A stretch of 62,580 nucleotides of DNA, the filler included, from Collodictyon triciliatum (Eukaryota), in the NCBI GenBank assembly GCA_043381765.1. It is 9 parts of 9 records of this genome, joined end to end, with 100 filler letters (N's around TTAATTAATTAA, not from the genome) between each part and the next. Parts side by side here need not be neighbours in the genome. Positions count along the whole stretch, not along the records: positions 7,626 to 15,075 come from JBHJMP010003851.1; positions 15,176 to 22,704 come from JBHJMP010003852.1; positions 22,805 to 30,328 come from JBHJMP010003853.1; 6 more parts are not named here. One strand, given 5' to 3'. Below the pieces are notes generated by a model. That model was not told the DNA's origin, made no database searches, and was given only the letters and a program-made list of their open reading frames with translations. Position 1 is the first letter of the stretch. Each line of letters begins with the position of its first letter. The position numbers and the translations under genes were made by a program. Of the stretch, positions 12,954 to 25,409 are shown piece after piece.

Positions 12954-14277
12954 TTAGCTTTTATATCGCGGTGTTGGTGATTTGCTGTCATGTCGGCTTC
13001 TGCGTTGGGGTGTTGGCGATTTGCTGTCATGTCGGCTTCTGCGTTGAGGCGCTGGTGATTTGCTGTCATGTCGGCTTCTGCGTTGAGGTGTTGGCGATTT
13101 GCTATCATGAGGTCTTCTGCGTTGAGGTGTTGGTGATTTGCTGTCACGTCGGCTTCTGCGTTGAGGTGTTGGCGATTTGCTGTCATGTCGGCTTCTGCGT
13201 TGAGGTGTTGGCGATTTGCTATCGTGACGTCTTCTGCGTTGAGGTGTTGGTGATTTGCTGTCATGTCGGCTTCTGCGTTGAGGTGTTGGCGATTTGCTAT
13301 CATGACGTCTTCTCTTCGGAGATTCAGATGTGCTTCGGCTGTCACTACCGCTGTCACTGCTTGACCCATTATCACTTGAACTTGCATCTCTCTTCCTTTT
13401 CTCCTCTTTTTTCTTTTTCTTCTTTTCAAGCCGTTTCTTCCTTTTAAGTTCTTTTTTTTCCTTGCGCTTTTCTTTCTTCTCTCTTTTTCTCTCTTTTTTA
13501 GACTTCTCTTCCGCTACTTCTTCGATTTGTGGGCCGATTTTTTTCTTCTGCTCGCCAAGCCCAGCCCCGTCAGTGTTGTGTGCAGACTGAATCCTTGCTG
13601 AAAGCACACAATCGTCCAAAACGCCCTTTTGGGCAACTTCACCCTCCTGATTTTTCTTTTTTGTTGCCGATAGTCTATAGAAGAGTGACATAGGGCGTTG
13701 TGGTTAAGAAATGATTTGAAATTTCCGAGTATTTTTTACTAATTTTCTTAGTTAATTGAGGTATATAAAGAGTGGGTAGATGAGTGGTCTTGGTGAATGA
13801 GAAGGATGAGTAGAACAGGCGACATACGCTCCTAATCCAAGGACGTTTGTCATATCTGCTTCTTCTTGCTCAGTCCTTTCCACAGCACCTCGACGGGTCA
13901 GCAGGGCTATTTCGTGCTTCTGGAGCCCCTTGATAACGGTTCGGTCTTTCTTAGGTGCAAGTCCGCTATTGAGTAAGATTGTATTATATTTTTTTTATTT
14001 GTAGAGATTAGATACCAAGCAAAACATCAAAAATAGGAAGCTTAAAAAAAAACATAGGTCTATACAGCTTTTCGTTCAAGAGCTCCTCTTCCAATTGCCT
14101 CATCCGCTGAATCTCCTCATTCACAGTCGCCCCGGATGCTGAGGATCCTCCTTTTTTCTCTTCCCATAGGTTTTTTTTTCCGATGAGAGAATGCCCTGAT
14201 TGTTAATCCAGGATTTTTTTTATATAATAATCATTTATATCCAACTTAACAAATAAACAAAAATGTATGTGAGCTTC

Positions 14278-14340
<63 letters not shown>

Positions 14341-14432
14341 AGGTAGTAGTCCTTTTGTTTGTCTTGTAGAACATTATCCCAGGAGAATTGGTCGCGCCCA
14401 CCTCGAACACCACCACGAGAGGGGTGAAACAT
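12954..14432 (-). CDS. MMTAG2/C1orf35-family protein with K/R-rich region and 13-aa [13 protein letters not shown] repeats
   Basis: N-terminus [35 protein letters not shown] is the MMtag motif. Multi-exon; ~9 39-bp repeats at ~12960-13310. Confidence 0.88.
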
Positions 14433-14600
14433 CAGCTACTGCTATATCGCTCGAGTTCCTTCTCAACAATATATAAAGAAACTGTAAATACTAACTGAGC
14501 CCTATGAGTAAGAAAGGTTGCAGTTGATCCTTTCATCGAGCAAAGCAGCCGATCGGCTGGGGCAATCGCTGCGGGAGAGCTTTTTGGGCTGTGACCTCTC

Positions 14601-14668
14601 GCTCTGGTGGCCGCGTGGTAAAGTCCAACCAGGCAAATGCGATGTGTGTTCGATTCCCGGTGGGTGCG
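14601..14668 (+). pseudogene. Degenerate tRNA-like element (tRNA pseudogene or SINE head)
   Basis: A-box-like TGGCCGCGTGG and B-box GTTCGATTCC at tRNA-like spacing, with a T-run at 14689-14696. Acceptor and T stems are mispaired and there is no clear anticodon arm. Confidence 0.6.
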
Positions 14669-15448
14669 TTGGTTGAGTTTATTAGTTGTTTTTTTTCCAC
14701 AAACAGTTTAAAAAATATTATAATGGGCGGTTCTGTATAAAGCGTTCAGAGGTCGCAACCCCGTTGCGTCCTGAGAAGGATCTTGTTTTCCTCCGCCTTC
14801 GCTCGGGGCTTCTTTGCTCTGAGGCGCTGTATAAATAGCAAACAACACCTGGTACGCTCGAGTATTAGTGTCCCGCGTACAGGTTTGCTTGGGTATTGGC
14901 AGTGGGAAATCGGTCGCCGTTGTCTTTCGCTCTTCTGGCTCTTGTACGAGAGAGCAGAACGATGTTTTTCTTTCCTTTTTCTTTTTGTTTTGTTTTGTTT
15001 TGTTTTGTTTTGTTTTGTTTTGTTTTGTTTTGTTTTGTTTTGTTTTGTTTTGTTTTGTTTTGTTTTGTTTTGTTTNNNNNNNNNNNNNNNNNNNNNNNNN
15101 NNNNNNNNNNNNNNNNNNNTTAATTAATTAANNNNNNNNNNNNNNNNNNNNNNNNNNNNNNNNNNNNNNNNNNNNAAAAAGAATAAAAAGAATAAAAAGA
15201 ATAAAAAGAATAAAAAGAATAAAAAGAATAAAAAGAATAAAAAGAATAAAAAGAATAAAAAGAATAAAAAGAATAAAAAGAAAACAACGAGAAAATTCAA
15301 TTGGATGCATACCAGAAAAATAAAGCTATAAATTTGTGGTTCTATTCTGTTTCGATAAAGCACATATGAAAAATGGGATTTAAGCTATTGGGACACACAT
15401 ATACCATTTCCATCAAATATTGCTAGAATAGCAGTTAATAGGGTATCA

Positions 15449-17100
15449 TTTCAATTGCTAGTGTTGCAATATCTTTCAAAAGTATAAAGTTTACACTTGC
15501 ACTCTGCTGCTTTCTTCGTCATTTTCTCCTCTTCATATCCGCTCTCATAGAACCTAGTTATCTCATGAGTTTGATTTTGTTTGTGATTTTACCCGCTTGC
15601 AAAGCAATTATGTCCTCACCAAAGGGAGCACTTGTCAAAATAAATGGAAATGTATTTCATGGACTTCGCGCTTGGGCATATATGACTGGGAAATTTCACA
15701 GCATCGCAGTTATCTCAAGCGAACTGGGCAATATCAAAGAGTGAGTTGTAACTTGCATGCGGAATTTTGCTGCATGACCAGTCAGCTTCTCCAAACAAAA
15801 TCTGGTGAAATCCAGAACTGTGATTGTAATAGAAACATTATCTAGTTTACTCCCACAAGTTCGTGACATGTCGCAAACCCTGATCGATGGTACCAATAAT
15901 TGTTTGTGATTATATCTACATTCAGTTATACACCATTGAGGAGTTTACAGATGAATTCCTTTACTCTCGCTGACCATATTGGCTCTCTATTGACGCCAAT
16001 TTCACTTAAACGCAAACTTCAGTATTAAGGTGATATTAGCCTTGTGGACGAAAAACATCTGATTTTTATCAGCGAATGTGTAACTAACTTCAGCCAAAAA
16101 CTCCGTTGCCTTTATGTGCTGCCTCAGTTCTATAAAGTATTGGTGCATATTCTCACGCACCAGCCAGCAGTTCCAGTTTCCATAGACTTGATTTTTAACA
16201 TATCAAACGGCTATTTTGTAAAGCTGAAATTAATAACAGATGCTTATTAATTACAAGTTTTTATATTTTTGTATACTTTGAGTCGCTTTGAGTGTCATGG
16301 CATCGTTTGTCTCTTTTCTGTTTGCAGATGCCTTCGGGAGAGAATCTACAGCCAAAGCAGCTCTTCCTTGATGGAGCTTATTGAACAATAAAATATTTAT
16401 GAAAAGTAAGAATCATCGTTCACTTTATTATTCTGTAATTTTAAAACCAGCATTTTAACCTTGAAAATAATTTTTCCACTGATTCAATAAAGTAATCTCC
16501 ATGAACAATATTCCTTTCGTCCGTTATACCCTTGCGTGAGTTCAAACTCTCGGTGTAAGCGCCCAAACCTCCTGAAAAAAAATCGACAAATAGTCTTATC
16601 TGATTTTGCTCCAATATCTCTTAAATAGAAAACCACCAAATTTCCACTCAAATCGAAGCTGACGTGCCCAATCACACAATACCAGGCCAAAACAGTCACA
16701 TGACTTTTATCAAGGACAGCCCCAATAGCATCCAGAAATAATTTCAGGCCAGAATAAGGCATGGTTTTCTGATGAAAGTGAACAGCATTTCAAAGAAGAT
16801 ATTTATTATTTTCATTATTTGAAATTCACAATAGTATTGGGCTATCTGCTTACAATTAAACCTTGCAATGAGATAGACATATAAAGCAATGAAGGATGAG
16901 TGGCCCAAGTGGTTGTTCAACGATTGGTATCACCTTGTCGTAGATATTATCACTCTTACTTTATCATCCGAAAGGATGAATTGTTTGTTAAATCATAAAT
17001 AGCAAGATTGTAACCCAATTTTATTGTGTCATCCAGAATATATCACTTTTCTTCGACAGAGACATAACCGCAGTCCCGACAGCACAAGATAATGAGAATA
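15449..17100 (-). CDS. Possible multi-exon hypothetical protein
   Basis: Short stop-free segments between AT-rich GT-AG intervals (e.g. YGNWNCWLVRENMHQYFIELRQHIKATEF; RFYESGYEEEKMTKKAAECKCKLYTFERYCNTSN*). No family recognised. Confidence 0.3.
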
Positions 17101-18384
17101 CTCATTTTTTGTATTTAAATATCCATATGCTTTGTGTATTTGTCAGGTACTCCCTCCAATCTGCATGAGAAATTGGACAGCGCATGTTTAAAAATATGAC
17201 TCACGTTAATATTTGAATAGAAGAAATAGCTTATTCAATAGTTTGACATTAAAGATGTGCCCAAAGAGCAGATAATTAAGGCAAAAGCAGGTTATTCCCA
17301 CCCAAACGCTTGATTCTCAGTTTTATGACATCTCTTATATGAAGAGTGCCTCATCAGCGTATTATAATAGGCAAATCAAATAATCCTTGCGAATTTGATT
17401 CTCTACGATTTTAGTGGCTGTCTTGTTCTGTTGCTGACGGAATCACACAAAATTCCCATGGGCGCTTGGTAGCGTACTATGGCTGGAACTTGCACCCGCA
17501 CCACCAGCCGCAGAAAATTAAGCGATTATTGTTTTCCGGGTTTCCTTCCTGTTTTCGTCATTTCTTTGCTCTCAAACATATCATCTCGGTGGCCCCAGTG
17601 AGCAGTTAGTGGTAGTGCGTTTTATATAATTTTCCTTTACTTGGAAATACGTTTAACGTAACAATTCATATATTTTCCTTGTAGAAATTCTATTAAAAGC
17701 GCCGATTCAAAAGAAATGATTGAGAACATAAGACCAACATCCATCCAACACAAAAATTTACTCGGCGAGGTTCGAGGACTCGCTTTGAAAGAGACACAAA
17801 ATTTTGAAAAAAATCGATAAAAATACATCGTAATCGCCTTTTCGACGAAAAAAAAAATATGAAAACAAGGCTGTTTTTGTGAATTATCTAAGGCCAGTGA
17901 GAGGTAATGAGAGCGTCAAGTTTGATGGCGCATTTGACGCAAGTGTACTTCCGTTCATTATCGGGTATCAAAGAAAAGCAAAGACCATGTCTCCATCCGG
18001 ATTGATGCGAAGATAGGGCGGATGACATGTGATAGTCCTGAAATACTCAGCATCCACAAGCACGCCTTCACGCCTTATAAAAGCCATCAAATCCAGGCTA
18101 TTTTTTAAAAGTTACTCTCGCTACTGCCTTCGAAATCGACTACGACAATTCTAACACGTTTTTTTATTCGGGTGGATTGTGGATGAAATCGAGGTGTCAC
18201 TCAACACCTTCTTTAATCTCACCCTCAGTTGGCTTGATGGCAGTGATGAACTCCCAGTAGCTATTCTTAGAAGACCTCATATTTGTTCTGCTTAATCATA
18301 GTCAAAATCATTTATACAACGGCGCAAAAGCTCTTCGCTGATTATGCTCATGTTAACATCTTTTTAACCATCAAATATCGCGCA

Positions 18385-18800
18385 TTATTCGTTTTTACCA
18401 ATAGTCGACACAACCATGGCAGCAAATGGTGCTGTTTCTTTGGGCTATGAAGTCACCCACTGCTGAGGTAGTGTTCCTTCCGTTGGTAGGATTTGATTCA
18501 AGGCGTCGACGAGGAAGCAGAGCCTCTCATCTCCAAAAAATCATTTTTTTCATTTCTGTGCCAAAAAACAAAACAATTTGGACAATGCAGCAGTCTTTTT
18601 CTGTATGATTTATTAATTCCTGAATTATTTGACTTGGTGCTTGAGTCACTTATTTTGACAGCAAACAAATTCGATGTGCCGAATATTGTAATAGGCTGAT
18701 TAGGAAAACAAGAGGCGGAATGAGCTAATGAAATTACGAGCCTCGTTCTCCCAAAAAGAAATATTTTTTGACGGGGTCGCGAGCATTAGCCAGAAGCGAG
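18385..18800 (-). pseudogene. Degenerate NACHT/STAND NTPase fragment with in-frame stop
   Basis: 18534-18385 translates GDERLCFLVDALNQILPTEGTLPQQWVTS*PKETAPFAAMVVSTIG, which aligns with KLVIFIDAINQLVP...LLSWLPLTTPKNIAVVVSTID at 58.5 kb. Upstream KYFFLGERGS resembles the start of a Walker A motif. Confidence 0.55.
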
Positions 18801-19623
18801 TTGACACAAAATTAAACATTGAGGTACATCCGCATGTGAAATGGTTCCTTTTACCCATGAGTCGATGCGTGGTGAACTGACGTTTCGCTGGGTGTTTCGG
18901 CTTCTCTTCCCAGGTTGAACATTACTTTCGATCCGATAGCGCTATCCTTCCTTTCATCCAACAATCTGCCTGGATAGACCAGCAAGGGACTCCTCACAAT
19001 CGATTTTCAGAGTCATGTCACATATAGACTTCCACAATTCAGCAACTCTATCCGCTGTCCTTTAATGCTCTCTGACAAGAACTGAAACCGCATGTGAGGC
19101 CAGTCATTTTGGTGGATTAAACGTAGTTGAAATTACTTTCCATTCTATTTTACCATTTAATTCTCTCTCTCTCTCTCTCTTCATCCAAAATACGGATACT
19201 CCAACCAAACAATCAGGGGGTTTCTAATGCCTTGCTCACAGCGCGCTTTGTCCAAGGCGAAGGCTTCTCCCATAACTTCTCTCGGAAATAAACTTGGAAT
19301 AATGGGAAAAATAAATTTGACGTAGAGGAACAGAGAAGTCAGGGCAGGGCGAGAAGTGTTCCAAACGATGCACCGATGTCGTGATGGTATTACTCGAAAA
19401 GCCTACGCAACCATGTTCCGAGTTTTGCGCTTGTTTTCTTGTCCCGTGAATCGTACCAAAATTTATGAAAATGAAAGTCTGTGACATTCGCGGCGGAAAT
19501 GCTTTCCAAAATTTTGTGATTCTCCACAAACATTCGACAATCACAGTTTCAAGATAGAATTTGAACAGCCTCTGCAACTGAAAAGGCGTCTGTGGCAGAA
19601 TTGCGAGAGCGGCGGTTTGTAGT

Positions 19624-20227
19624 TTATTTTGGGTTTGGATTCTGGGTGTATTTCCACCCGAGTTGAGGGTTTGTCTGGGGTGCTTGTTGGCCGCCATTCT
19701 GGCTCTGGGTCTGCAGTGTCTGGGTTTGCATTTGCTGCATTTGCTGCTGCATCTGTTGCATTTGTTGCAACTGTTGCTGTTGTACAGATTTGGCTCCCTT
19801 TCCACCTCGTTTGACTGTATTTTACCGTTTCACATCAATCAATAGGCAGAGGCAGTGCGCAAAATGCTCATCGAAGACTACCAGTGAATGAAATAAAGAG
19901 CTCATTTTTTTATTTTGATATAATTTGCTACCTGGTGCGGCCGCTGCTGTGCTTGTTGAGGGAGGGGCCGAAGCGGGAGCCGCGTACTGCATTTGCGAGT
20001 GTAGCTGCATTTGGACGCTGTGAGGCAATCCAGGTTGAGGCTGCACTTGGGGCTGTCCTTGGGTCGGCTGTCCTGCATTCAACATGGTTGGAAGCGGTGG
20101 TTGACTCTGTGCTCCTTGTGGTTGTGGTATCTGAATGGGCGCGGGTTGTGCGCCTGATGGTGGACCGCCCATGCTGTACTGTCCTTGGGCTGCTGGTCTG
20201 AGATGATGTGTGTGCGTTTCTATAAAT

Positions 20228-20283
<56 letters not shown>

Positions 20284-22349
20284 TTCCTGTCCGTTTGAAT
20301 GTCCGTTTGAATGTGCAATATAAAATTCGCGAAACATATATATATACACCCAGATTACATGAAACAAAAAAAAAAGCCAAAAAACATCTATTGGATAACT
20401 AGTAAATGGGATTTGGGTATTTCTGAGTGTTCTCCTTTTCTAATTTTTTTTTTATTTTTTTGTACAGTGTCTATGTAGAGCGCAGATTTGTTTGTATCAT
20501 TCTTATTGGAACACAGATATATGAGGAGATAAAATCATGTCTTGTCAGAAGCATACCCATATAAAGGATTGCCGCCTCCGTAATGATGTTTGTTTGTTCC
20601 TGGGGGATATCCCATCGGATACGGTGTCGCTATGGCTAAGTTGAGAGGGAGAGAGGGAGATAGGAAAAGTGAAAGACAAAAAAAAGATTACCTAATGCCC
20701 ACTTCTCATTACTATTTTTTTTTTTTTGGGGGAAATGTCCTCTTTAGATGAACAGAATATGTTTCTTAAGAACCAGTGCGTCCGGAAATAGAGAATTGTG
20801 CAAGTGAAGGCTGCTGGCCTTGGTATCCTTGCAAGCCTGGTGCTGCTCCACATCAAATGGGAAAACCCCATAATCAGATGATTATTTTTTTTTTTTTTAA
20901 AAAAAAAACTTCAATAGACCACTTATCAGTACTACTTTGATACGTTTTCAAGAGTAATGATTCAACAAGATTTTTTCAACCTTAATGTTATTGAATTCCC
21001 TATGGAACATGATATATAGCTAAATAACTAATTGCAATGAAGAGAAGAAAAAAAAGGTACGTTTACCTGTCGCAAGCCCTCGACCAGCTCCAGTGGGTCT
21101 TTGGTTTGCATACATGGCCGAGGAAACTGAGCCTTGTCGAGGAGGCATACCTTGCCCCATAGGAACCGAGCCAGGTGGGATAGGATTGTGGGGTATCTGA
21201 GACGAGCCAACGCCCATGGCGTGGATGGTATTGGGAGGACCAGGTGTTAAAGGAACCATATTGATCGGGGTTGGGGGTGCTCCGGGCATTGTCTTCGGGA
21301 ATCATGGGTGACAAATGATTTTCGGCCAACATGAGAAAAAAATCATTCTTTTTTGGAAGTATTCATGAAACCGGCTAAAATTCAAAAGTATCGCTACTGT
21401 TTGATCGGGACATACAGAAACGATGCGAGCATTCTGTTATCGTTATTTATACCTGTTGGTGTTGTGGTGGATTCATCGGCAAAGCATTTGGATGGCCCAT
21501 GCCCATGGGAGTAGATGGGACCTTGGCAAACAGAAACAAGCAAACAAAAATTGATGGTAAAGATTGGGTTCTGGGTAGTATTAACGCAATTCAGAGACAC
21601 CCAAGTAACAGCTAAACTCTCATAGAGTAAGCCTTATGAATAGGGATTGACGAGGAGGGGGATATGCCTATGTATTGGATGATAATAGTGCGCGAATCGC
21701 CCTAATCATTAGCATACAGTTGTTTGTTGGTTGCCCATCGTCGGTGGTCTGCGAATTTGTGCCGAAGGCGGATTCTGAGGAGGATTTTGAGCCACCTATA
21801 TTGCCAGAAGGTGTTCATATATAATCGTTGCAATATATTTGGGACTAATGGACATGAAGGCCGCAGGAAATAATACAGATGGATGAGGAGAATATGGGAG
21901 AAAACCTGTTGAGGACTATCAGAATCCACCATTTGTAAACCGGATGTATCTGAGAGGGTAGGCAAGAGAAAGACATAGTCAGAATTCATTTAAGGGAAAA
22001 CTGTTACTTATAGAGGAACCCTACATTCCTTCTCAACGCAGGATTTATACATGTGAATAAACTTGTCCACTTCTTGCAGGCTGGATTTCGAGAATCTATA
22101 TAATCGTTAGAATATAAAGTGGTAGCCACGAAGAGATTATATTTAGGATTCATACCCAGAATTAACATTATTCGTTATGATTGGCAACGAGCAAGAATAG
22201 AAATATGGATTTAAATTAAATACCACAAAGTGCGCACAAGAAAGAAAAATTTCAAACCTCTGATAATCAGTGGGAGATTCCGTGGTAATGGGATGCCCTT
22301 TCTTCAAGATAACCTCATACGCAGAAGATGGCATTTGGTAGATGTCCAT
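19624..22349 (-). CDS. Multi-exon Pro/Gln/Met-rich low-complexity protein, function unknown
   Basis: Exons such as MDIYQMPSSAYEV..., VAQNPPQNPPSAQIRRPP, MPGAPPTPINMVP, QPQGAQSQPPLP, and a terminal QQQQLQQMQQMQQQMQQMQ...QNPNPK*. Confidence 0.7.
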
Positions 22350-22806
22350 CGCGCATAAAAGACGCTCTGAACTCGAAAAAAATTTTTATTGGTGACTTTG
22401 GGGCTAAGGTTATACCAATTTCTTCACAACCAAAAAATCAACTTGATGAGATGTAAAACAATCCTCCTTCCCAGAGCTGAGTAAATATCATATGTTCACT
22501 GGTGTATCACCCTTACGTTCTGATACCGGTCTTTGATACAACTTTACAGATCGAACGATTGTGCCCACTACTCCGTGCGAAAGGAACAAAGAAAAAAGAA
22601 CACGAAGAAGAAGAAGAAGAAGAAGAAGAAGAAGAAGAAGAAGAAGAAGAAGAAGAAGAAGAAGAAGAAGAAGAAGAAGAAGAAGAAGAAGAAGAAGAAG
22701 AAGANNNNNNNNNNNNNNNNNNNNNNNNNNNNNNNNNNNNNNNNNNNNTTAATTAATTAANNNNNNNNNNNNNNNNNNNNNNNNNNNNNNNNNNNNNNNN
22801 NNNNAC

Positions 22807-22950
22807 AAGAGGTATAGAAGAAAGTTGGTCAAGAAAGGATCTCCTGAAGAAAAAACATCCAACAGCAACCCGAACAGCAATGCAAACTCTCAACCAAATA
22901 CTCCTCTTCTTCCAAGCAGGAAAATGAGCATGGAATCTCTTCTCAACTGA
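22807..22950 (+). CDS. C-terminal fragment of a probable transcription factor (5' part missing)
   Basis: KRYRRKLVKK...PSRKMSMESLLN*: a basic stretch and a terminal MSxxSLLN motif. Confidence 0.45.
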   Translation, partial: KRYRRKLVKKGSPEEKTSNSNPNSNANSQPNTPLLPSRKMSMESLLN

Positions 22951-24160
22951 AACTTAAGGTGTTTGTGTCTGATGCTAACCTGACAAAACTCCGCCAGGAA
23001 TCACTTTTTTTACTTTTAATTTATATGCCGCATAAAAGGAAAAGCGAGGATTAAATCTGGGCATGTCATCTTATGCAGCAACATAGCTGATATCTATCTC
23101 CCAACCCGAATACCATAGTATTTGCAAGCACCCTTTCCTTTGAGTCCCGCTAACAGACACAAAATGTGAAACCTTAATAACAGGGCACCCATTTTTATTT
23201 TTACTTATGCCACATAATAGCGATTGACTACATAAGATTGATTATTATTCTAATGTTTTCTGTCCAGAAGAAACTGAATCTGAGGGAAAAAAATCCTGTA
23301 CTAGTTTAGTGTTTGTTATCGTGCGCCTGTTGGTGACTTGCTTCTTTTTTTTTTTTTGGCTTTATCTGCACCCTTGGTCTTGGGTTCAGTTTGATGGTGC
23401 TCTCGCGCTAAGTCGACATGGCGCATCGGTGACAGCGAGCAAAGCATCCGTTCATCCAGATATTTCCAGAAAGAGGAAAATATCTGCACAAGTCGTGAGT
23501 GAGTCCAAAAGGGGAGGCCAATCCCTTCTAGGGAATATTGACGTAGCGCATAACGAATCCATTCTGGCGCGAGGCTCGCATTCCCACATTAACTGAAAAG
23601 CATTCTGTTAAGTTCTGACCGTGAAAGAGTGGGTCTTTTTTTTTTCCCATTTTTTTTTTTCACACACCCACAGAAACCGAGACAAAGACACAGACACAGT
23701 CCAAATGCAGTTTCGAAAGCACCAAAACACCCNNNNNNNNNNNNNNNNNNNNNNNNNNNNNNNNNNNNNNNNNNNNNNNNNNNNNNNNNNNNNNNNNNNN
23801 NNNNNNNNNNNNNNNNNNNNNNNNNNNNNNNNNNNNNNNNNNNNNNNNNNNNNNNNNNNNNNNNNNNNNNNNNNNNNNNNNNNNNNNNNNNNNNNNNNNN
23901 NNNNNNNNNNNNNNNNNNNNNNNNNNNNNNNNNNNNNNNNNNNNNNNNNNNNNNNNNNNNNNNNNNNNNNNNNNNNNNNNNNNNNNNNNNNNNNNNNNNN
24001 NNNNNNNNNNNNNNNNNNNNNNNNNNNNNNNNNNNNNNNNNNNNNNNNNNNNNNNNNNNNNNNNNNNNNNNNNNNNNNNNNNNNNNNNNNNNNNNNNNAG
24101 AAAGAAAACATCGCAAAGAGGCTAAGAAACAAAACAGCCCAACAAAGCGCGCCGACTCGG

Positions 24161-25123
24161 ATGGCCGTGACAAGACCGCACAGAATCCCAGACAGCGACA
24201 CGCCGCCCCCACCCCGCGTGCGGAGGCAGAACGAGGGCCGAGACGCCAAGAGAGGCACCGGCCTCGTCCATGTGCACGAGGTGGAGCTGGACACACGGCC
24301 GGCCGCCAAGCCGCCCCGCTCCCCGACCAAGGCCGGTCGCCACCCGCACAGGCTCCTTACTCGCATGCGCCTGCTCTTCTGCGCGCCGCCACACAACCAC
24401 AATCGGAGCAGTTCTGCCACAACCACAACCACAACCACAACCACACTACAACCACAACCACAACCACGCAGCCCCAGCCACAAACGAACCACTACGGCCA
24501 CGCCGCTGCCGCGCAGCCCCGTGCTCGCCGATGCAGAGATCTCCGTGGTGCGGGTGACTGCGGGGCGAGCTCTGCCTGTGGCCGCAGGACCCGGGGATCA
24601 GATCCTGCCGGATGCGGCAGCCGCGCTCTCGGGGGCGGAGTGGCACAGCCTGGCGCGGCACGTAAAGGAGCTCCTGCGGCAGAGCGCGCTGACAAACGCG
24701 GCAGACTGGGACATGCATGTGTCGTGCCTGAGCGCCGCGCCGGTCGCCCGCGTGAGGGAGCTGGTGGAGGCTGCGCCGCCCTGCGCCCTGCCCGGCCTGG
24801 CAGAGCTCCTTGTGCGCCTGCGGGAGGCACGGCTGCTGGACGCCAGCGGGCTGGTCTGTGCGTGGGTCCTCTTCCGCAGACTCTTCCGCCTCTCGCGCTG
24901 CCCCCGCGCGCTGCTGCGCCTGCTGCTGGCCTGCCTGGTCCTCGCCCTCAAGGCCCACCTCGACCGCTCCGTCTCGACCGCAGCCGTTGCCGCCGCCGCC
25001 CGCCTGCCCGCCCCGTGGCTGGCCCGTCTCGAGTGGGCGGCCTGGCTTGCCCTGCGCATGGCCCTCTTTGTCTCCCCCGGCGAGTACCTGGCCGCCTCGG
25101 AGGAGCTCTACATCCCGACATGA
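24161..25123 (+). CDS. Divergent PHO80/cyclin-P(U)-like cyclin; GC-rich, no introns seen
   Basis: GLVCAWVLFRRL...RLLLACLVLALKAHLDRSVST...WLARLEWAAWLALRMALFVSPGEY matches the cyclin-box pattern. The start is uncertain because of the upstream gap. Confidence 0.75.
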   Translation: MAVTRPHRIPDSDTPPPPRVRRQNEGRDAKRGTGLVHVHEVELDTRPAAKPPRSPTKAGRHPHRLLTRMRLLFCAPPHNHNRSSSATTTTTTTTTLQPQPQPRSPSHKRTTTATPLPRSPVLADAEISVVRVTAGRALPVAAGPGDQILPDAAAALSGAEWHSLARHVKELLRQSALTNAADWDMHVSCLSAAPVARVRELVEAAPPCALPGLAELLVRLREARLLDASGLVCAWVLFRRLFRLSRCPRALLRLLLACLVLALKAHLDRSVSTAAVAAAARLPAPWLARLEWAAWLALRMALFVSPGEYLAASEELYIPT

Positions 25124-25409
25124 CCCCTCCCCAATCCCAGCTCCTCTTCTCCTTCCCTGTCTCTCTTTGGCCTCTTCTCTGGTGTGTATCCATAAAGCAG
25201 GCCGCCGCGTTGCTGCACTCGTCCTCGCTCGGGCTTTATTTGTTTATTACTAATTATTAATCGCGTCGATTGCTTCTCGCCCGGCATGTGACTGCTCTCA
25301 CGAAAGGCACCGGGTGTGTTTATTTTCTCATCTCATCTCATCTCATCGAAAGACAAAGAAAAGGAAAGGAGAGGAAAAAGGAGAGGAAAGTATTTGCGGC
25401 ATTCCGCAG

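Noticed and set aside
12960-13310. CRISPR-like regular repeats
   Set aside because: There are no unique spacers; these are in-frame coding repeats in a spliced eukaryotic gene.
18445-18447. Stop-codon reassignment suggested by the in-frame TAG
   Set aside because: TAA, TAG and TGA all terminate confident genes in this window, so a pseudogene is the simpler explanation.
23589-25260. Multiple long alternative-frame ORFs around the cyclin
   Set aside because: They are caused by high GC and N-run read-through; only one frame has a recognisable domain.
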